Positions 1 through 9,853 of a DNA stretch of 45,095 bases are shown here, piece after piece. Position numbers and translations under genes: made by a program. Below the pieces are notes generated by a model. It had not been told where the DNA came from. It saw only the letters and a list, made by a program, of their open reading frames with translations, and searched no databases. The stretch is taken from IMG/VR virus record IMGVR_UViG_3300022602_000172, positions 1 through 45,095 of that record; one strand, given 5' to 3'. This DNA is from a virus (taxonomy: Duplodnaviria > Caudoviricetes). Each line of letters begins with the position of its first letter. Within the stretch, counting starts at the first letter, position 1.

Positions 1-1078
1 GGTGTTGTCCTAAACTTCCTCGAATATCATTTTTCATACGCTTTCTTCTATCAGCCGTAAGTTTTCCTTTTGAGTCGCCTTTACTAGAGATACTACCATA
101 ACCCCAGTTCTCAGGATCATTGTGATGCTTAGGTAAATTACTTCTAGTATCTAATGGATCCGTCCATACAGTATCTCTGTCAAATGTAGAGCGTTTTTGT
201 CCTGGATCTTTTTTAGGTCTTTCTTTTATACCGTATCCATAATCTATGCTGTCGTAATCGTCACTGTCGCCTTTCTTTTGAGTAAACAATTGGCCTTTGT
301 ATTTAGGATCGCGCCATTTAGCAGATTCTTCCATATCTTCATAATCTTTAGGATCATGTTCTTCATAGTGATAGTGCTCTAATGCCTCTTGACGACTCCA
401 ACCGTATTTTCGCATTAAGTGTCGAATTTTTTTCTCTTCGTCGTCCTCGTGATGATCGTTTTCTTTAATTGTTTCATACATTGCTGTTAATCTATCAACT
501 AAAGACTCATGCATTGGATGTTGTAGTGCGTTTGTGCCAGGAGCACGAGCTAATGGACTTACTTTGCCTTTACTATTCATATCATCGCCGCTGAATGTAA
601 CAGCATCAATACCGTGCGTATGATGACCTATATCACCGTGAGCACTGTTGCCCCAAGTTTCGCCGTCATCGCCCATTTCTTCTAATTCTTTATCTTGTGG
701 CTCCATCATTTGTTCGCCTGCCATACGTGCGATCATATCGCCCATAATAGGTTCTTCTACATCGCCGTGATGAGGTTCGCCAAATAATTTATCAGCACCG
801 TGATCTGCATCACCCACTTCGCCGTCTTCAATGTCTTTAAGAATATTCATTAGACTACGAACGCCGCCTGATCCCGAACCATTTAGGCTAACGTTCATTG
901 TAACATTGTCTTGTTGCTTAGGCGGTTCTTGATGACCCACCATACCTGGCAAGCCCATTGGGCCGCCGATAATTTCAATACCTTCTTCTTTGGCAGGACC
1001 ATCTGTGTGCACAGGAGCAACTGGCTGTGCGTTTTCATCTATTGCTCTGATTGTTTTATATAGGTCATTAAAATTCAT
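1..1078 (-). CDS. Acidic/His-rich putative head-internal protein, partial (runs off the left edge; absent from the ORF track)
   Basis: ATG at 1078-1076 overlaps the upstream TAA (TAATG). I found no stop to position 1: MNFNDLYKTIRAIDENAQP...DMEESAKWRDPKYKG...MKNDIRGSLGQ. The head-internal function is inferred. Confidence 0.75.
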   Translation of the reverse strand, partial: MNFNDLYKTIRAIDENAQPVAPVHTDGPAKEEGIEIIGGPMGLPGMVGHQEPPKQQDNVTMNVSLNGSGSGGVRSLMNILKDIEDGEVGDADHGADKLFGEPHHGDVEEPIMGDMIARMAGEQMMEPQDKELEEMGDDGETWGNSAHGDIGHHTHGIDAVTFSGDDMNSKGKVSPLARAPGTNALQHPMHESLVDRLTAMYETIKENDHHEDDEEKKIRHLMRKYGWSRQEALEHYHYEEHDPKDYEDMEESAKWRDPKYKGQLFTQKKGDSDDYDSIDYGYGIKERPKKDPGQKRSTFDRDTVWTDPLDTRSNLPKHHNDPENWGYGSISSKGDSKGKLTADRRKRMKNDIRGSLGQH

Positions 1079-1707
1079 TATCTTGCTCCGTGCATTGGGT
1101 CTGGAAGTTTGTTATGGTGTGTACCAATTGCACTGGTTGTACCAAATTTTGTTCCTATGGTCTTAGTTTTATATTCTTTTGCGGCGCCTGGTACACTGTC
1201 AGCTAATAACTCATCGTTGATGCCTTTTACTTGTGTACCGTGATGTTGTTCTTTATTCAACTCTTTCAAAAAACTCATGTTGTACTTTTCACCGTACATG
1301 TCGCTATTGTCACTAGGTTCGTAATCAGTTCCTACAATCGCTTCGTGTGTACGTTCGTCATGTTGATGATTAATTACGTGTTCTGCTTCTTCGCCAAGTG
1401 TTTTTACTTTAACGTTGGCTTGTGCCATACCCAGTCCGCTAGCAACACGTTCACGAACTTGCATGCTGTTAGCTGGATAATTAGTCACAACATCAAAAAT
1501 TGTCATGCTAATATTTTTGTGTTCAGGAAATTCGTTATGACGTTCTTGAATTGGTGTGCGACGTGCAGCACTAACACTAGCCACGTGAAATTCAGCTAAT
1601 GCGCCTTTAATTTGTGCTTGACAATCTTTAGGGCATTCGCCAGCAATCTTTACTTTAAATTCGTAAACTTTTTTGCTTTCTGTTAAGTATTCTTTAAATG
1701 ATTTCAT
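1078..1707 (-). CDS. Putative prohead core/internal protein with a capsid-targeting-like N-terminus
   Basis: 209 aa. It begins MKSFKEYLTES, resembling T4 internal-protein targeting leaders, and has a late promoter at 1726-1731. Confidence 0.55.
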   Translation of the reverse strand: MKSFKEYLTESKKVYEFKVKIAGECPKDCQAQIKGALAEFHVASVSAARRTPIQERHNEFPEHKNISMTIFDVVTNYPANSMQVRERVASGLGMAQANVKVKTLGEEAEHVINHQHDERTHEAIVGTDYEPSDNSDMYGEKYNMSFLKELNKEQHHGTQVKGINDELLADSVPGAAKEYKTKTIGTKFGTTSAIGTHHNKLPDPMHGAR

Positions 1708-1728
1708 AATGTAATCCCAGTATTGTAT

Positions 1729-2211
1729 TTATTTCATCTGCTTGAGTTTTTCTAGCAGACTATTGCGATCTGTAATGATTACACCGTCGCCTTGTATGTT
1801 AATTCCTTCATCAGAATTAACAGCATCTTGATCTAATTTTTGTTTTTTAAGTTGCAAATCGATCATTTTTAACTTTTTATCTAGTTTTGCACTTTTTGCA
1901 TCGATGGCATTTTTAAGCATACTTGCCGCAACTTCAAACATTCTAGCACTGTATCTGGCTTCGACATTCATTCCCAAGTCCATGATATCATCGTAAGCGT
2001 CTGTAGCTTTTTTAGCCAATTCATCTAGCTCGTTATCGCCAGCATCACCCAGTCCTTTTACTTGAGGCAATGCTGCCGCTATTTTATCGTATTCAGATAT
2101 GTCACGAATAAAAGGCTGAGCAAGTTCGGCTTTTTTAGCCTTCTTTTCTTCTTCCTTGACAATCTTCTTGCTTTCGGGTAAGTTTAATATTTCTTCAAGT
2201 CGTTTGGTCAT
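1729..2211 (-). CDS. Probable terminase small subunit-like protein (T4 gp16-like)
   Basis: 160 aa, helical. ARMFEVAASMLK...LIDLQ-like core and C-terminal IITDRNSLLEKLK parallel the gp16 R-x-[YF]-E-V-A pattern. Confidence 0.45.
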   Translation of the reverse strand: MTKRLEEILNLPESKKIVKEEEKKAKKAELAQPFIRDISEYDKIAAALPQVKGLGDAGDNELDELAKKATDAYDDIMDLGMNVEARYSARMFEVAASMLKNAIDAKSAKLDKKLKMIDLQLKKQKLDQDAVNSDEGINIQGDGVIITDRNSLLEKLKQMK

Positions 2212-2225
2212 AATAATACTTATGC

Positions 2226-2654
2226 TTATACTTGGCTGAATATATCATTTTCGTTAAGAACTCTAAATTTTAGGCCTTGTTGTTGGCACCAGAAATTAGC
2301 CGCTTTCCATTTAGCTTGATTCTTAACGAACTGTGCTTGATTATATTTGTTCTTGCCTACACGTTCTAATATACTTTGACTTGCCGGTTTTATTTCAATT
2401 AGCTCTGTTAATATTTTGTTATTTTTATCAAGATACTGTATAAAAAAATCTGGAACATAAACAGTTTGTCTACCTGTAAGTGGATCTCGATAAGGAATTT
2501 GTATAGCTTCGCTAGCCCATTTGAGTATGCTTTTATTAGTGTCGCAAAAATTCATGAATGTTAATTCCCAACTGGAACGATATGTTGGCTGTTTAGTGCC
2601 TACATATTTTGCAGGATTCTTCATTACATATTTTCCACGAGCAAATTTAGCCAT
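2226..2654 (-). CDS. gp4: Head completion nuclease (TnsA-like PD-(D/E)XK)
   Basis: KNPAKYVG, YRSSWE, WASE, YVPDF and EIKP motifs typical of the T4 gp4 family. Confidence 0.88.
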   Translation of the reverse strand: MAKFARGKYVMKNPAKYVGTKQPTYRSSWELTFMNFCDTNKSILKWASEAIQIPYRDPLTGRQTVYVPDFFIQYLDKNNKILTELIEIKPASQSILERVGKNKYNQAQFVKNQAKWKAANFWCQQQGLKFRVLNENDIFSQV

Positions 2655-2655
2655 A

Positions 2656-3027
2656 TTAGATTAGAATATTTCTAGCTTCAAATGTATTGGCTACAGGTGC
2701 TGTCCTATATCCTAGTAAACTTGTTTTGTCTCTACTTGAATTTAATACCTGTGCAACCACTTGGCTAAGTTGTACATCCGTAAGACTTTTTAGTGTATCT
2801 AGTAAAGTAAATACATCGACGTTTTCTTGTCTTGCTTGGTTTAGCATTACTACAGCGACACTGCCTGCACCTAACTGGTCAAAACCGCGTTTTGTAAAAA
2901 ATGCTATTGTCGCATCAATCTGAGCTGCAGGAAAACTCACAGGATGTGCATTACTTTTATAAAAAAAAGATTTTACACTTTCTGTTGTATTATTTTTAGT
3001 TGTATTTGGTAAATTAGTTGTAGTCAT
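2656..3027 (-). CDS. Hypothetical virion-module protein
   Basis: 123 aa ORF tightly packed in the late operon. Confidence 0.7.
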   Translation of the reverse strand: MTTTNLPNTTKNNTTESVKSFFYKSNAHPVSFPAAQIDATIAFFTKRGFDQLGAGSVAVVMLNQARQENVDVFTLLDTLKSLTDVQLSQVVAQVLNSSRDKTSLLGYRTAPVANTFEARNILI

Positions 3028-3029
3028 AT

Positions 3030-4289
3030 TTAAAAGTCAAAACTGTAATCGTCTGTGCTACCGGAATCAAAATCGCTGCTAGGATTGTTATCAGTGCCCG
3101 TGCCTGCGTCTTGATTCCATGGCCCTGCTTCATCAAATCCGCCAGCATTATTTTCTGACTGTGCCGCAGCAATTTGATCTTGTGTGTTTGCATCTTCAAC
3201 AGCTTGTTGATTTGCATCTTCAGTAGATTGTGTTGTATCCTCTTCTTCAGATGATGGATCGTCTCCTTCGTTAGCTGAATCTGTTCCAGTTGTGCCAGCT
3301 TCAGTATTGCTAGAATCAGTTTTATTAGCGCCTGGGAAGGAGAATCCTGAAAGTCCGCTGACAGCACTGCCTATTAGACTAGCAACACCTTTAATTGCTG
3401 CACCTATCAATGGAGCAGCGGCCGCGCCCACAGCTGCACCCACTACCAGACCGTTTGCACTTTGATAATTGTTTACTGTATTAAGAGCATTGCTTAGTAT
3501 TCCTGGTCCTAATAAATTGCCTGGACCAATTCCTGCAAGACTAGGATTATTGCCTGAACTTCCACCGCCTAACGGGCTAGGTGTGTGATCATAATGACTT
3601 TGAGCAAATCCTTCTGGGTCTCCGTCTTCGACCGCACCAGATGCATAACTGATTGCTTCGTATTCAATTTTCATATCCATATCATGAACACCGGAATTGT
3701 AATAATCAACTCTATTATGATTAAAACTTTTTATAATAGGGTTCCATATTTGATACATGATATATTCATGACGGGCCATTTGATAAACTTTTATATAATT
3801 AAAAAATGGTTGGGTACTACCGTTGTCTAATCCGTACGGAACTGGCATTGCCATGCTATACGATCTAGTTGCATTTCTTGCATACGCACCCGGTGCATTT
3901 GCACTTAGAGGATCGGCATAGTAATAACTGTAGTATGCTTGCCACAACTGATTAATTAACCCCATGTTATCATCAATAAATTTTATGCCTATTTCGCCGC
4001 CGTTGTGACGAAATTGTGTGACTTTTCTTCTGTTGTACTGATTAAGTGTTTGTGTTTCTACTCGATAGCTTGGCAAGTCTACACTTTTAACCAACATACC
4101 TATTTCTTCACCATATGCTTGCACTAGCTGTGCATTTTGTAAAGCTGCACGGTTTATTCCAAAAGCTACATGGAATAAAAAATTATGTTTAGGTGCTAGT
4201 CTAAACTGGTCAACATTAAACAAATGATCAGCATGTTGCTGATCTCGTAAAATAGTTGATCCTGTATTATTAAAATTGTATGAGGCCAT
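3030..4289 (-). CDS. Tail-tube-like baseplate/tube initiator protein (gp54/gp19-like) with acidic low-complexity C-terminus
   Basis: LAPKHNFLFHV, LVKSVDLPSY, NQYNRR and MKIEYE tube-fold signatures; lies directly downstream of the tube gene. Confidence 0.6.
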   Translation of the reverse strand: MASYNFNNTGSTILRDQQHADHLFNVDQFRLAPKHNFLFHVAFGINRAALQNAQLVQAYGEEIGMLVKSVDLPSYRVETQTLNQYNRRKVTQFRHNGGEIGIKFIDDNMGLINQLWQAYYSYYYADPLSANAPGAYARNATRSYSMAMPVPYGLDNGSTQPFFNYIKVYQMARHEYIMYQIWNPIIKSFNHNRVDYYNSGVHDMDMKIEYEAISYASGAVEDGDPEGFAQSHYDHTPSPLGGGSSGNNPSLAGIGPGNLLGPGILSNALNTVNNYQSANGLVVGAAVGAAAAPLIGAAIKGVASLIGSAVSGLSGFSFPGANKTDSSNTEAGTTGTDSANEGDDPSSEEEDTTQSTEDANQQAVEDANTQDQIAAAQSENNAGGFDEAGPWNQDAGTGTDNNPSSDFDSGSTDDYSFDF

Positions 4290-4340
4290 AACTTTATTTA
4301 TCGATAAAAATAAAGTACGTAGTTAACGAATTGAGATAAT

Positions 4341-4362
4341 AAAACCCACCGAAGTGGGTTTT
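4341..4362. terminator. Intrinsic terminator after the tail tube gene
   Basis: AAAA-CCCAC-CGAA-GTGGG-TTTT hairpin flanked by A/T tracts. Confidence 0.85.
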
Positions 4363-4366
4363 AGTA

Positions 4367-4996
4367 TTAACTACCTAGTACGCTAGTTCCGCCTGGGAAT
4401 TTTTGTACTGTTTGTGCAGCACCAACTCCGTTACTTGGAGTTGTTTGTACAGCATTGTCAAATCTGATAGTCAAATCAATCATTGCAGGACCGTTTTCAC
4501 TGTATTTAATATCATTATAGTTAGTTGCTTCAAGATAGCAACCATAACATTCCCACACTTCTAAGCTAGTAGGAGTTGTAGAACCGTTACCACCATCCAA
4601 CATTTCAATACGCATAGTGAACTTATAATCTAAGCCGCTGGCCGCTGAACTTTGTTCAAAGAAGTCAAATTGCTTCTGAATTTGTTCACCGACTAGTGTA
4701 GCTACGGCATTAGTAGCATCATCACGTAGTTTAACTATGATTGGTTCCCAGCTTGGTTTGCCTGCGTAGTTGATTTTACTATTGTAAATTTCAATTACTT
4801 GATTTGCAAACTTAACTTGAGGGCGAACAGCTTCTTGAACTTGTTTTGTTAGTTCAGTAGTGCTGCCGCTTGTTCCAAAGTTTTCAAAGCTGATTCTGAA
4901 GCGATACTTCAGTTTAGGCATTAGCATACCCTGACTGCTTGCGCTTTGGTCAGATGCTAATGGTACTGTAAAATTTGATAGAGCTGCGATTGCCAT
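4367..4996 (-). CDS. gp19: Tail tube protein
   Basis: PKLKYRFR, YAGKPSWEPI, WECYGC and IRFDNA; immediately follows the sheath gene. Confidence 0.85.
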   Translation of the reverse strand: MAIAALSNFTVPLASDQSASSQGMLMPKLKYRFRISFENFGTSGSTTELTKQVQEAVRPQVKFANQVIEIYNSKINYAGKPSWEPIIVKLRDDATNAVATLVGEQIQKQFDFFEQSSAASGLDYKFTMRIEMLDGGNGSTTPTSLEVWECYGCYLEATNYNDIKYSENGPAMIDLTIRFDNAVQTTPSNGVGAAQTVQKFPGGTSVLGS

Positions 4997-5010
4997 TTAT
5001 ATTCTCCTAA

Positions 5011-8000
5011 TTAATTTCCAAGACCTTTAATTGCGCCAGTGTTTTCTAAACGCAATGGAATATAGATAAATTCAACAGCTTTCACTGGTTCAATAGCTAT
5101 ATCGACATAGAGTTCGTTCGCATCAATTCTGGCTGGCGTGTTGTTGCTCGAGTCACAAACTACTAAGTAGTCGTACAAAGCACGTTGACCAACTAGTTCT
5201 AATAAGAACTTCTCAATTTGTTGTTTGATCTCATTACGTGTAATGGTATCGTTTGGTTCAAAGATAAACGGTTTAGCAATTACATTTAATTGATAACGCA
5301 TGTAAATTACTAGACGTGCCACGTTGATACGATCTAAACTGCTAGCAACTAATTGACGTGTATATTGTCCGTATGCAACTAGACCTGTTCCAGCTAGATA
5401 TGTGATTGGATTAACATGAACAGCTGCTAGTGTATCGCGCTGTCCGCCGTTTAGAGCAACTGTTTTGAACTCACCTGTTGCACCATCAACATAACCAACT
5501 GAACTTGCATTTGTTACTCCACCACGACGTACACCTGCTGGTGCAAACCATGGATAAGAAACATTATCACTTAGAGCAATTGTACGCAACATTACATGAC
5601 TTGGAGGAACAACAATGTAGTTACCTAACAAATCGCTTGTGTATGCCCAAGGATAGTAAACAGCACTGTAAGCGTAATTTTCAATTAGGCCAACTTCACC
5701 GTCGACAGCAGCACCTGCAGTATTATTACCCCAGTTGCTTAGTGTTGTAGCATCTGGTGTTAAACGAGCTGGAGTATCAGCAACAATGAATGCTGACTCG
5801 CCGTTGTCTGTGTTCAAGCTAATTAATGCACTTGTTGTTTCTAAATATCCTGGGCAACTTAACAAGTTGAAAATAACTGTGTCAGGTTGACGGATATTTT
5901 GATTTTCGTTAATTGTTGATAACAATGCTTTCAATACAACAGCACGTTGAGCTTTACGTCCAAATTGTCCAACTCCATTTAAATCGTTAGGGGCATCGCT
6001 TACCCAAAGGTCTGGATAGAAGTTAGTCATCGGTTGACCTTCTGGATATACGCCGCCGGCTGTGTAACGAATATCATTAGCGCCAGTATCTACATAACCG
6101 GCAACATATTTCTTAACGTTAAATCCGCTACGACGTAAGTTCCATAACAATGTACCTTTTGGATATAGTGCAGGATCTGGAGCATCAAAATCAACAAAGT
6201 TGCTTGATAGTAACGATTGGATTGTGTCAGGAGCACCTAAACCAGTTTGTTCTGCGCCTAGTAAACTTTGGTCACTCCAACGTGCGTCAGCAAAAATGAT
6301 GCCATCGCTTGTTAAATGATCTGTATTGTCAACTAATACCCACTTACCAGTTACACCATTGTATTTGTAAATTGTTGGGAAGTTTTCAGTATCTTGTGGA
6401 TCAATCCATAGGTCTCCGTTAGCCAACTGTCCGCCACCACTTTGTAGTGTAGGCATACTTGCGCTAATGATTGGACCATTAGGATCTGTAGCTAGTGCAC
6501 CACCAACTGCATAAATTTGTTGGTAATAAGCAGCTGCTGTAGTATCGTTGTAACCTACCCATTCGGTACCATTATTAAACATGATATCAATTTCTTCTAA
6601 GAATGTATCATACCATAATGTACCGTCTGCGGGTGTTGTACTTGGAGCGCTTGCCGATGGAGTTGCAAAACCCATTCCAGTTGTGCCTACAGTACTAGAC
6701 CATAGACTTGCAACGAATGAATCTTCGTTACCCCATGTAATTCCACTTTCTTCACCCATATCTATAATTGCTGCTGTAGCATTATAGTAAGCTGTTGTTC
6801 CTACAGTAAATAATAAACTTAGTGTATTGTTATCATAGAAATATATATCACCGCCGTTAGTGTGAGTAATAGTGATAGAATTGTTAGCATTACGTACTGC
6901 TGTAACCGCTGTACCAGCTACTGTTTGTAAAATAGCTGCTACTAATGCTTGTGAGTCAGCTTGAGCATTACCTACTGCTGTAAATGTAACAATACCTGGA
7001 GAGCCAGGATCGCCGTTAACAAATTCTGCCGGAGTTAATGTTTTAGAACCAGTTTCTGTGCTAGCAATAAAGAATTGATATTCTGTTTCAGCTGTAAATG
7101 TATCATTATGAATAATAGCACTAGTGATAGCTGTTTCGCCAGTAGTTACACGACGATATAATTTAAAGTCTGCATATGGTGAATCTGGATGCTCGTCATC
7201 GTTGTATTTTACAAATACTGTATTAGTAGGTAAATTAATACCGCCGCCGATAGGATCTAATGCAGCCAATGCTTCATATGTAGTTGAAAACAATTTAACA
7301 GGTTGTGATACCCATGTTTCGGATGTAGCATTGTAAAGTTTAACAATCCAATCAGCACCTAAGTTTACAGGAGTTGTTTTAACCCAAACGCTGCCAGATG
7401 GTTGACCATTTGCTGAACCTGCTGTTGCAAATGTGCCATACTCTGGTGGTTGATAGTGCGGACTAATTGTTAGTTCAAGTGGCATGTAGAATTTAGATAG
7501 TAAACCTAATTTAGCTACACTTGAACCAGAAAGTGTAATACTTCCTGTTGGATTACTGTTATAACCTGTTGCTGTGCCATCAGAATATAAATTCAAATAA
7601 CCATTAATAGCAGCTGCTGTGATTAAACCTGCTGAACCACCAATATTTGCAGCATTAATTGCTGTGGCTAAATCTGTAATATTTGTTACATTACCAACTG
7701 GAACACCATTAATAAACAAATAATCGCCTGCAGGAGTTAATGTTCCTGAAAGACCGTTTAATGAAAGATCTGTTGCTCCTGATACAATCAATCCGTTAGG
7801 ACCGTTCTGTCCTGTAATTGTATATCCGTCTAATGCTGTACCAGTACCAGTGACAACCCAGTTTTGAATTAACAAACTAGAGCCATTATACATGCTAGCA
7901 TAGTTACCACTAGTAATGTGTAAGGTGGTTCCTGTATTACCTGAACCAGCCCAACCGCCAGTACCTGGAGTACCGTCGATATAACCAGTAAATGACAACG

Positions 8001-8754
8001 GTGATCCGGATCCTGCTATTAGCGTTGGATTTGCGATTGAACCAGTTGCTGCTGGTTGACTCAATGCCCACCCTGGACTACCTACTTTAACCCATGTACC
8101 TGCAGGTGTATCTGTTTGTGGTTTTTTGTACCATAAAATGTTTAGTGTAGTAACGCTAACCATTGCGTAATCGCCAACAGCACCAACACTATCCAATGGA
8201 GCATAAGTGCCGCCTTCAACGGCAACTAGTGCTGTATCTGTAATAGTTGTTACTGTTTGATGTGAAAATGTTTGTCCGCCTTTAACTTTAACGGAATTGC
8301 TGTTCCATTCAAAAACACCAAAGTTAGTAGCACCAACATCTAACCACCAAGTACCATCTGTTGGCAATCCTGTTGGAATGTTTGCACTACCGATTAGTTG
8401 TTTAGTATCTAAATCAGCACGTACAACGTATGCTCTGTTACTTACGCCTAAGTAGCTGTAAGCAGCTTGCAAGCCATATTCGTTTAACTCGCCAGCGTTG
8501 ACTGGGTTGTTTTCTGCATCAGTTTGGAAATATGGAATACCAAAAGTATTTCCAAGATCCATCTGACTTGTGAGCAAATATACGTTGCCTGCATTAGCTT
8601 TAAGCGTGCCTGGTGCAGTACCGGTGCCAGCTGTGTTTTGTTTATCTTGTTGACTAGCAACAACGATTAAAGGAACGGTTCCTGGGGCGCCAGGTGTATA
8701 GAAGGATTCATCTACTACTGTTACGCTTACGCCGGGTGAACTAAGTTGAGCCAT
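5011..8754 (-). CDS. gp18: Tail sheath protein (enlarged, 1247 aa)
   Basis: N-terminal LSSPGVSV; C-terminal YYPW, PWFAPAGVRRG, VNPI, LDRINVARL, FEPND and IEPVKAVEFIYI. Confidence 0.95.
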   Translation of the reverse strand: MAQLSSPGVSVTVVDESFYTPGAPGTVPLIVVASQQDKQNTAGTGTAPGTLKANAGNVYLLTSQMDLGNTFGIPYFQTDAENNPVNAGELNEYGLQAAYSYLGVSNRAYVVRADLDTKQLIGSANIPTGLPTDGTWWLDVGATNFGVFEWNSNSVKVKGGQTFSHQTVTTITDTALVAVEGGTYAPLDSVGAVGDYAMVSVTTLNILWYKKPQTDTPAGTWVKVGSPGWALSQPAATGSIANPTLIAGSGSPLSFTGYIDGTPGTGGWAGSGNTGTTLHITSGNYASMYNGSSLLIQNWVVTGTGTALDGYTITGQNGPNGLIVSGATDLSLNGLSGTLTPAGDYLFINGVPVGNVTNITDLATAINAANIGGSAGLITAAAINGYLNLYSDGTATGYNSNPTGSITLSGSSVAKLGLLSKFYMPLELTISPHYQPPEYGTFATAGSANGQPSGSVWVKTTPVNLGADWIVKLYNATSETWVSQPVKLFSTTYEALAALDPIGGGINLPTNTVFVKYNDDEHPDSPYADFKLYRRVTTGETAITSAIIHNDTFTAETEYQFFIASTETGSKTLTPAEFVNGDPGSPGIVTFTAVGNAQADSQALVAAILQTVAGTAVTAVRNANNSITITHTNGGDIYFYDNNTLSLLFTVGTTAYYNATAAIIDMGEESGITWGNEDSFVASLWSSTVGTTGMGFATPSASAPSTTPADGTLWYDTFLEEIDIMFNNGTEWVGYNDTTAAAYYQQIYAVGGALATDPNGPIISASMPTLQSGGGQLANGDLWIDPQDTENFPTIYKYNGVTGKWVLVDNTDHLTSDGIIFADARWSDQSLLGAEQTGLGAPDTIQSLLSSNFVDFDAPDPALYPKGTLLWNLRRSGFNVKKYVAGYVDTGANDIRYTAGGVYPEGQPMTNFYPDLWVSDAPNDLNGVGQFGRKAQRAVVLKALLSTINENQNIRQPDTVIFNLLSCPGYLETTSALISLNTDNGESAFIVADTPARLTPDATTLSNWGNNTAGAAVDGEVGLIENYAYSAVYYPWAYTSDLLGNYIVVPPSHVMLRTIALSDNVSYPWFAPAGVRRGGVTNASSVGYVDGATGEFKTVALNGGQRDTLAAVHVNPITYLAGTGLVAYGQYTRQLVASSLDRINVARLVIYMRYQLNVIAKPFIFEPNDTITRNEIKQQIEKFLLELVGQRALYDYLVVCDSSNNTPARIDANELYVDIAIEPVKAVEFIYIPLRLENTGAIKGLGN

Positions 8755-8786
8755 ATTGTAATCTCCATGAGTGCATGTTCTTAATG

Positions 8787-8794
8787 TATTTATA
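8787..8794 (-). promoter_or_regulatory. T4-type late promoter TATAAATA for the sheath/tube operon
   Basis: Exact TATAAATA 32 nt upstream of the sheath ATG, followed by a GGAGA Shine-Dalgarno. Confidence 0.8.
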
Positions 8795-8868
8795 GCATTT
8801 TGAATTTTCTGGTGTGTTATACACCTATGAAAAGGTTTTAAAAGGCCAGGTTTTCGTTAAATATATGC

Positions 8869-9204
8869 ATGAGACCACTATGCAGTTGCGGTATGCGCCC
8901 TACCGCTGTTAACTACAAAAAGAATGGAAAAACATTCTACAGAAGTATGTGCAACACTTGTTTAAAGCAAGGTGCTAATGCTGGAGTGCCTAAATGGTTT
9001 TTGTCAGGGTATAGGCCCAAGAGCCAATGTGATAAATGCGGATTTAAAAGTCCGCATAGAGAAGTGTTTACTGTATTTCACGTAGACGGCGATCTGAATA
9101 ATTGCCGTCCTGCTAACTTAAAAACCGTATGTGCAAACTGTGCTCGTGTTCTGCATAAGGAAGGTATTAAATGGCGACAGGGAGATCTTGTTCCGGATTT
9201 ATAA
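8869..9204 (+). CDS. Small Zn-finger HNH protein
   Basis: CxC/CxxC pairs and HVDGDLNNCRPANLKTVCANC; TAAATA 5 nt before the ATG. Confidence 0.8.
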   Translation: MRPLCSCGMRPTAVNYKKNGKTFYRSMCNTCLKQGANAGVPKWFLSGYRPKSQCDKCGFKSPHREVFTVFHVDGDLNNCRPANLKTVCANCARVLHKEGIKWRQGDLVPDL

Positions 9205-9853
9205 TTGCTTGTACTTTGGTATACAAGTCATCGATACTTGTATCATTGGTTAGCACATGGTCAAATTTAGTACCAACCCATGCAGTTTCGCTAGCATGAA
9301 TCTTTAGTTTGTCCATTCTAGTCTTGGCCAACATCCAGTTGATATGATGATCGCCAGCATTCATGTCTACAGCATCTTGATACCAGTCGGGTTCTGGACT
9401 TCTTTTTACACGGATAACAATACCACCCGCATCTTTGATTGATTTAATTTCGTTAGGAAACCGACAATCACTGATAACAATATCATCCTTACTGTTACGC
9501 AATTTGTTTTCTAAACTGGCAATCCACACATCGTCGTGGAAACCTTTGCGGCAAACTTCTGTACCCCAGTATTGTAAGACCCAGCGTGGTGTGAGATTTG
9601 GCATGTCTAATCGTTCTGCCCACCAAGGGTCCACTTGTTCACGCCATTCACGGGCTTGTTTAGTACGACCTTCTAACATGGTTCTATCCCAACCAAACAC
9701 CATACTAACTGCGTCTTTTAAACTGTTGGCAAAACTTTCTCGTCTGTAACCGTGAAAAGTGACAAGGTAGTCCGCTATTGTGTCTTTTCCTGCCCCTATC
9801 AGCCCGCAAATGCCAATAATTCTTTTATTTTTTCGATTTACATTTGTCTCCAT
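9167..9853 (-). CDS. gp1: Deoxynucleoside monophosphate kinase (start uncertain: ATG 9865, ATG 9853 or ATT 9820)
   Basis: IIGICGLIGAGKDT P-loop, FANSLKD, TPRWVLQYWGTE, ISDCRFPNE and HASE. Confidence 0.9.
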   Translation of the reverse strand: METNVNRKNKRIIGICGLIGAGKDTIADYLVTFHGYRRESFANSLKDAVSMVFGWDRTMLEGRTKQAREWREQVDPWWAERLDMPNLTPRWVLQYWGTEVCRKGFHDDVWIASLENKLRNSKDDIVISDCRFPNEIKSIKDAGGIVIRVKRSPEPDWYQDAVDMNAGDHHINWMLAKTRMDKLKIHASETAWVGTKFDHVLTNDTSIDDLYTKVQAIINPEQDLPVAI

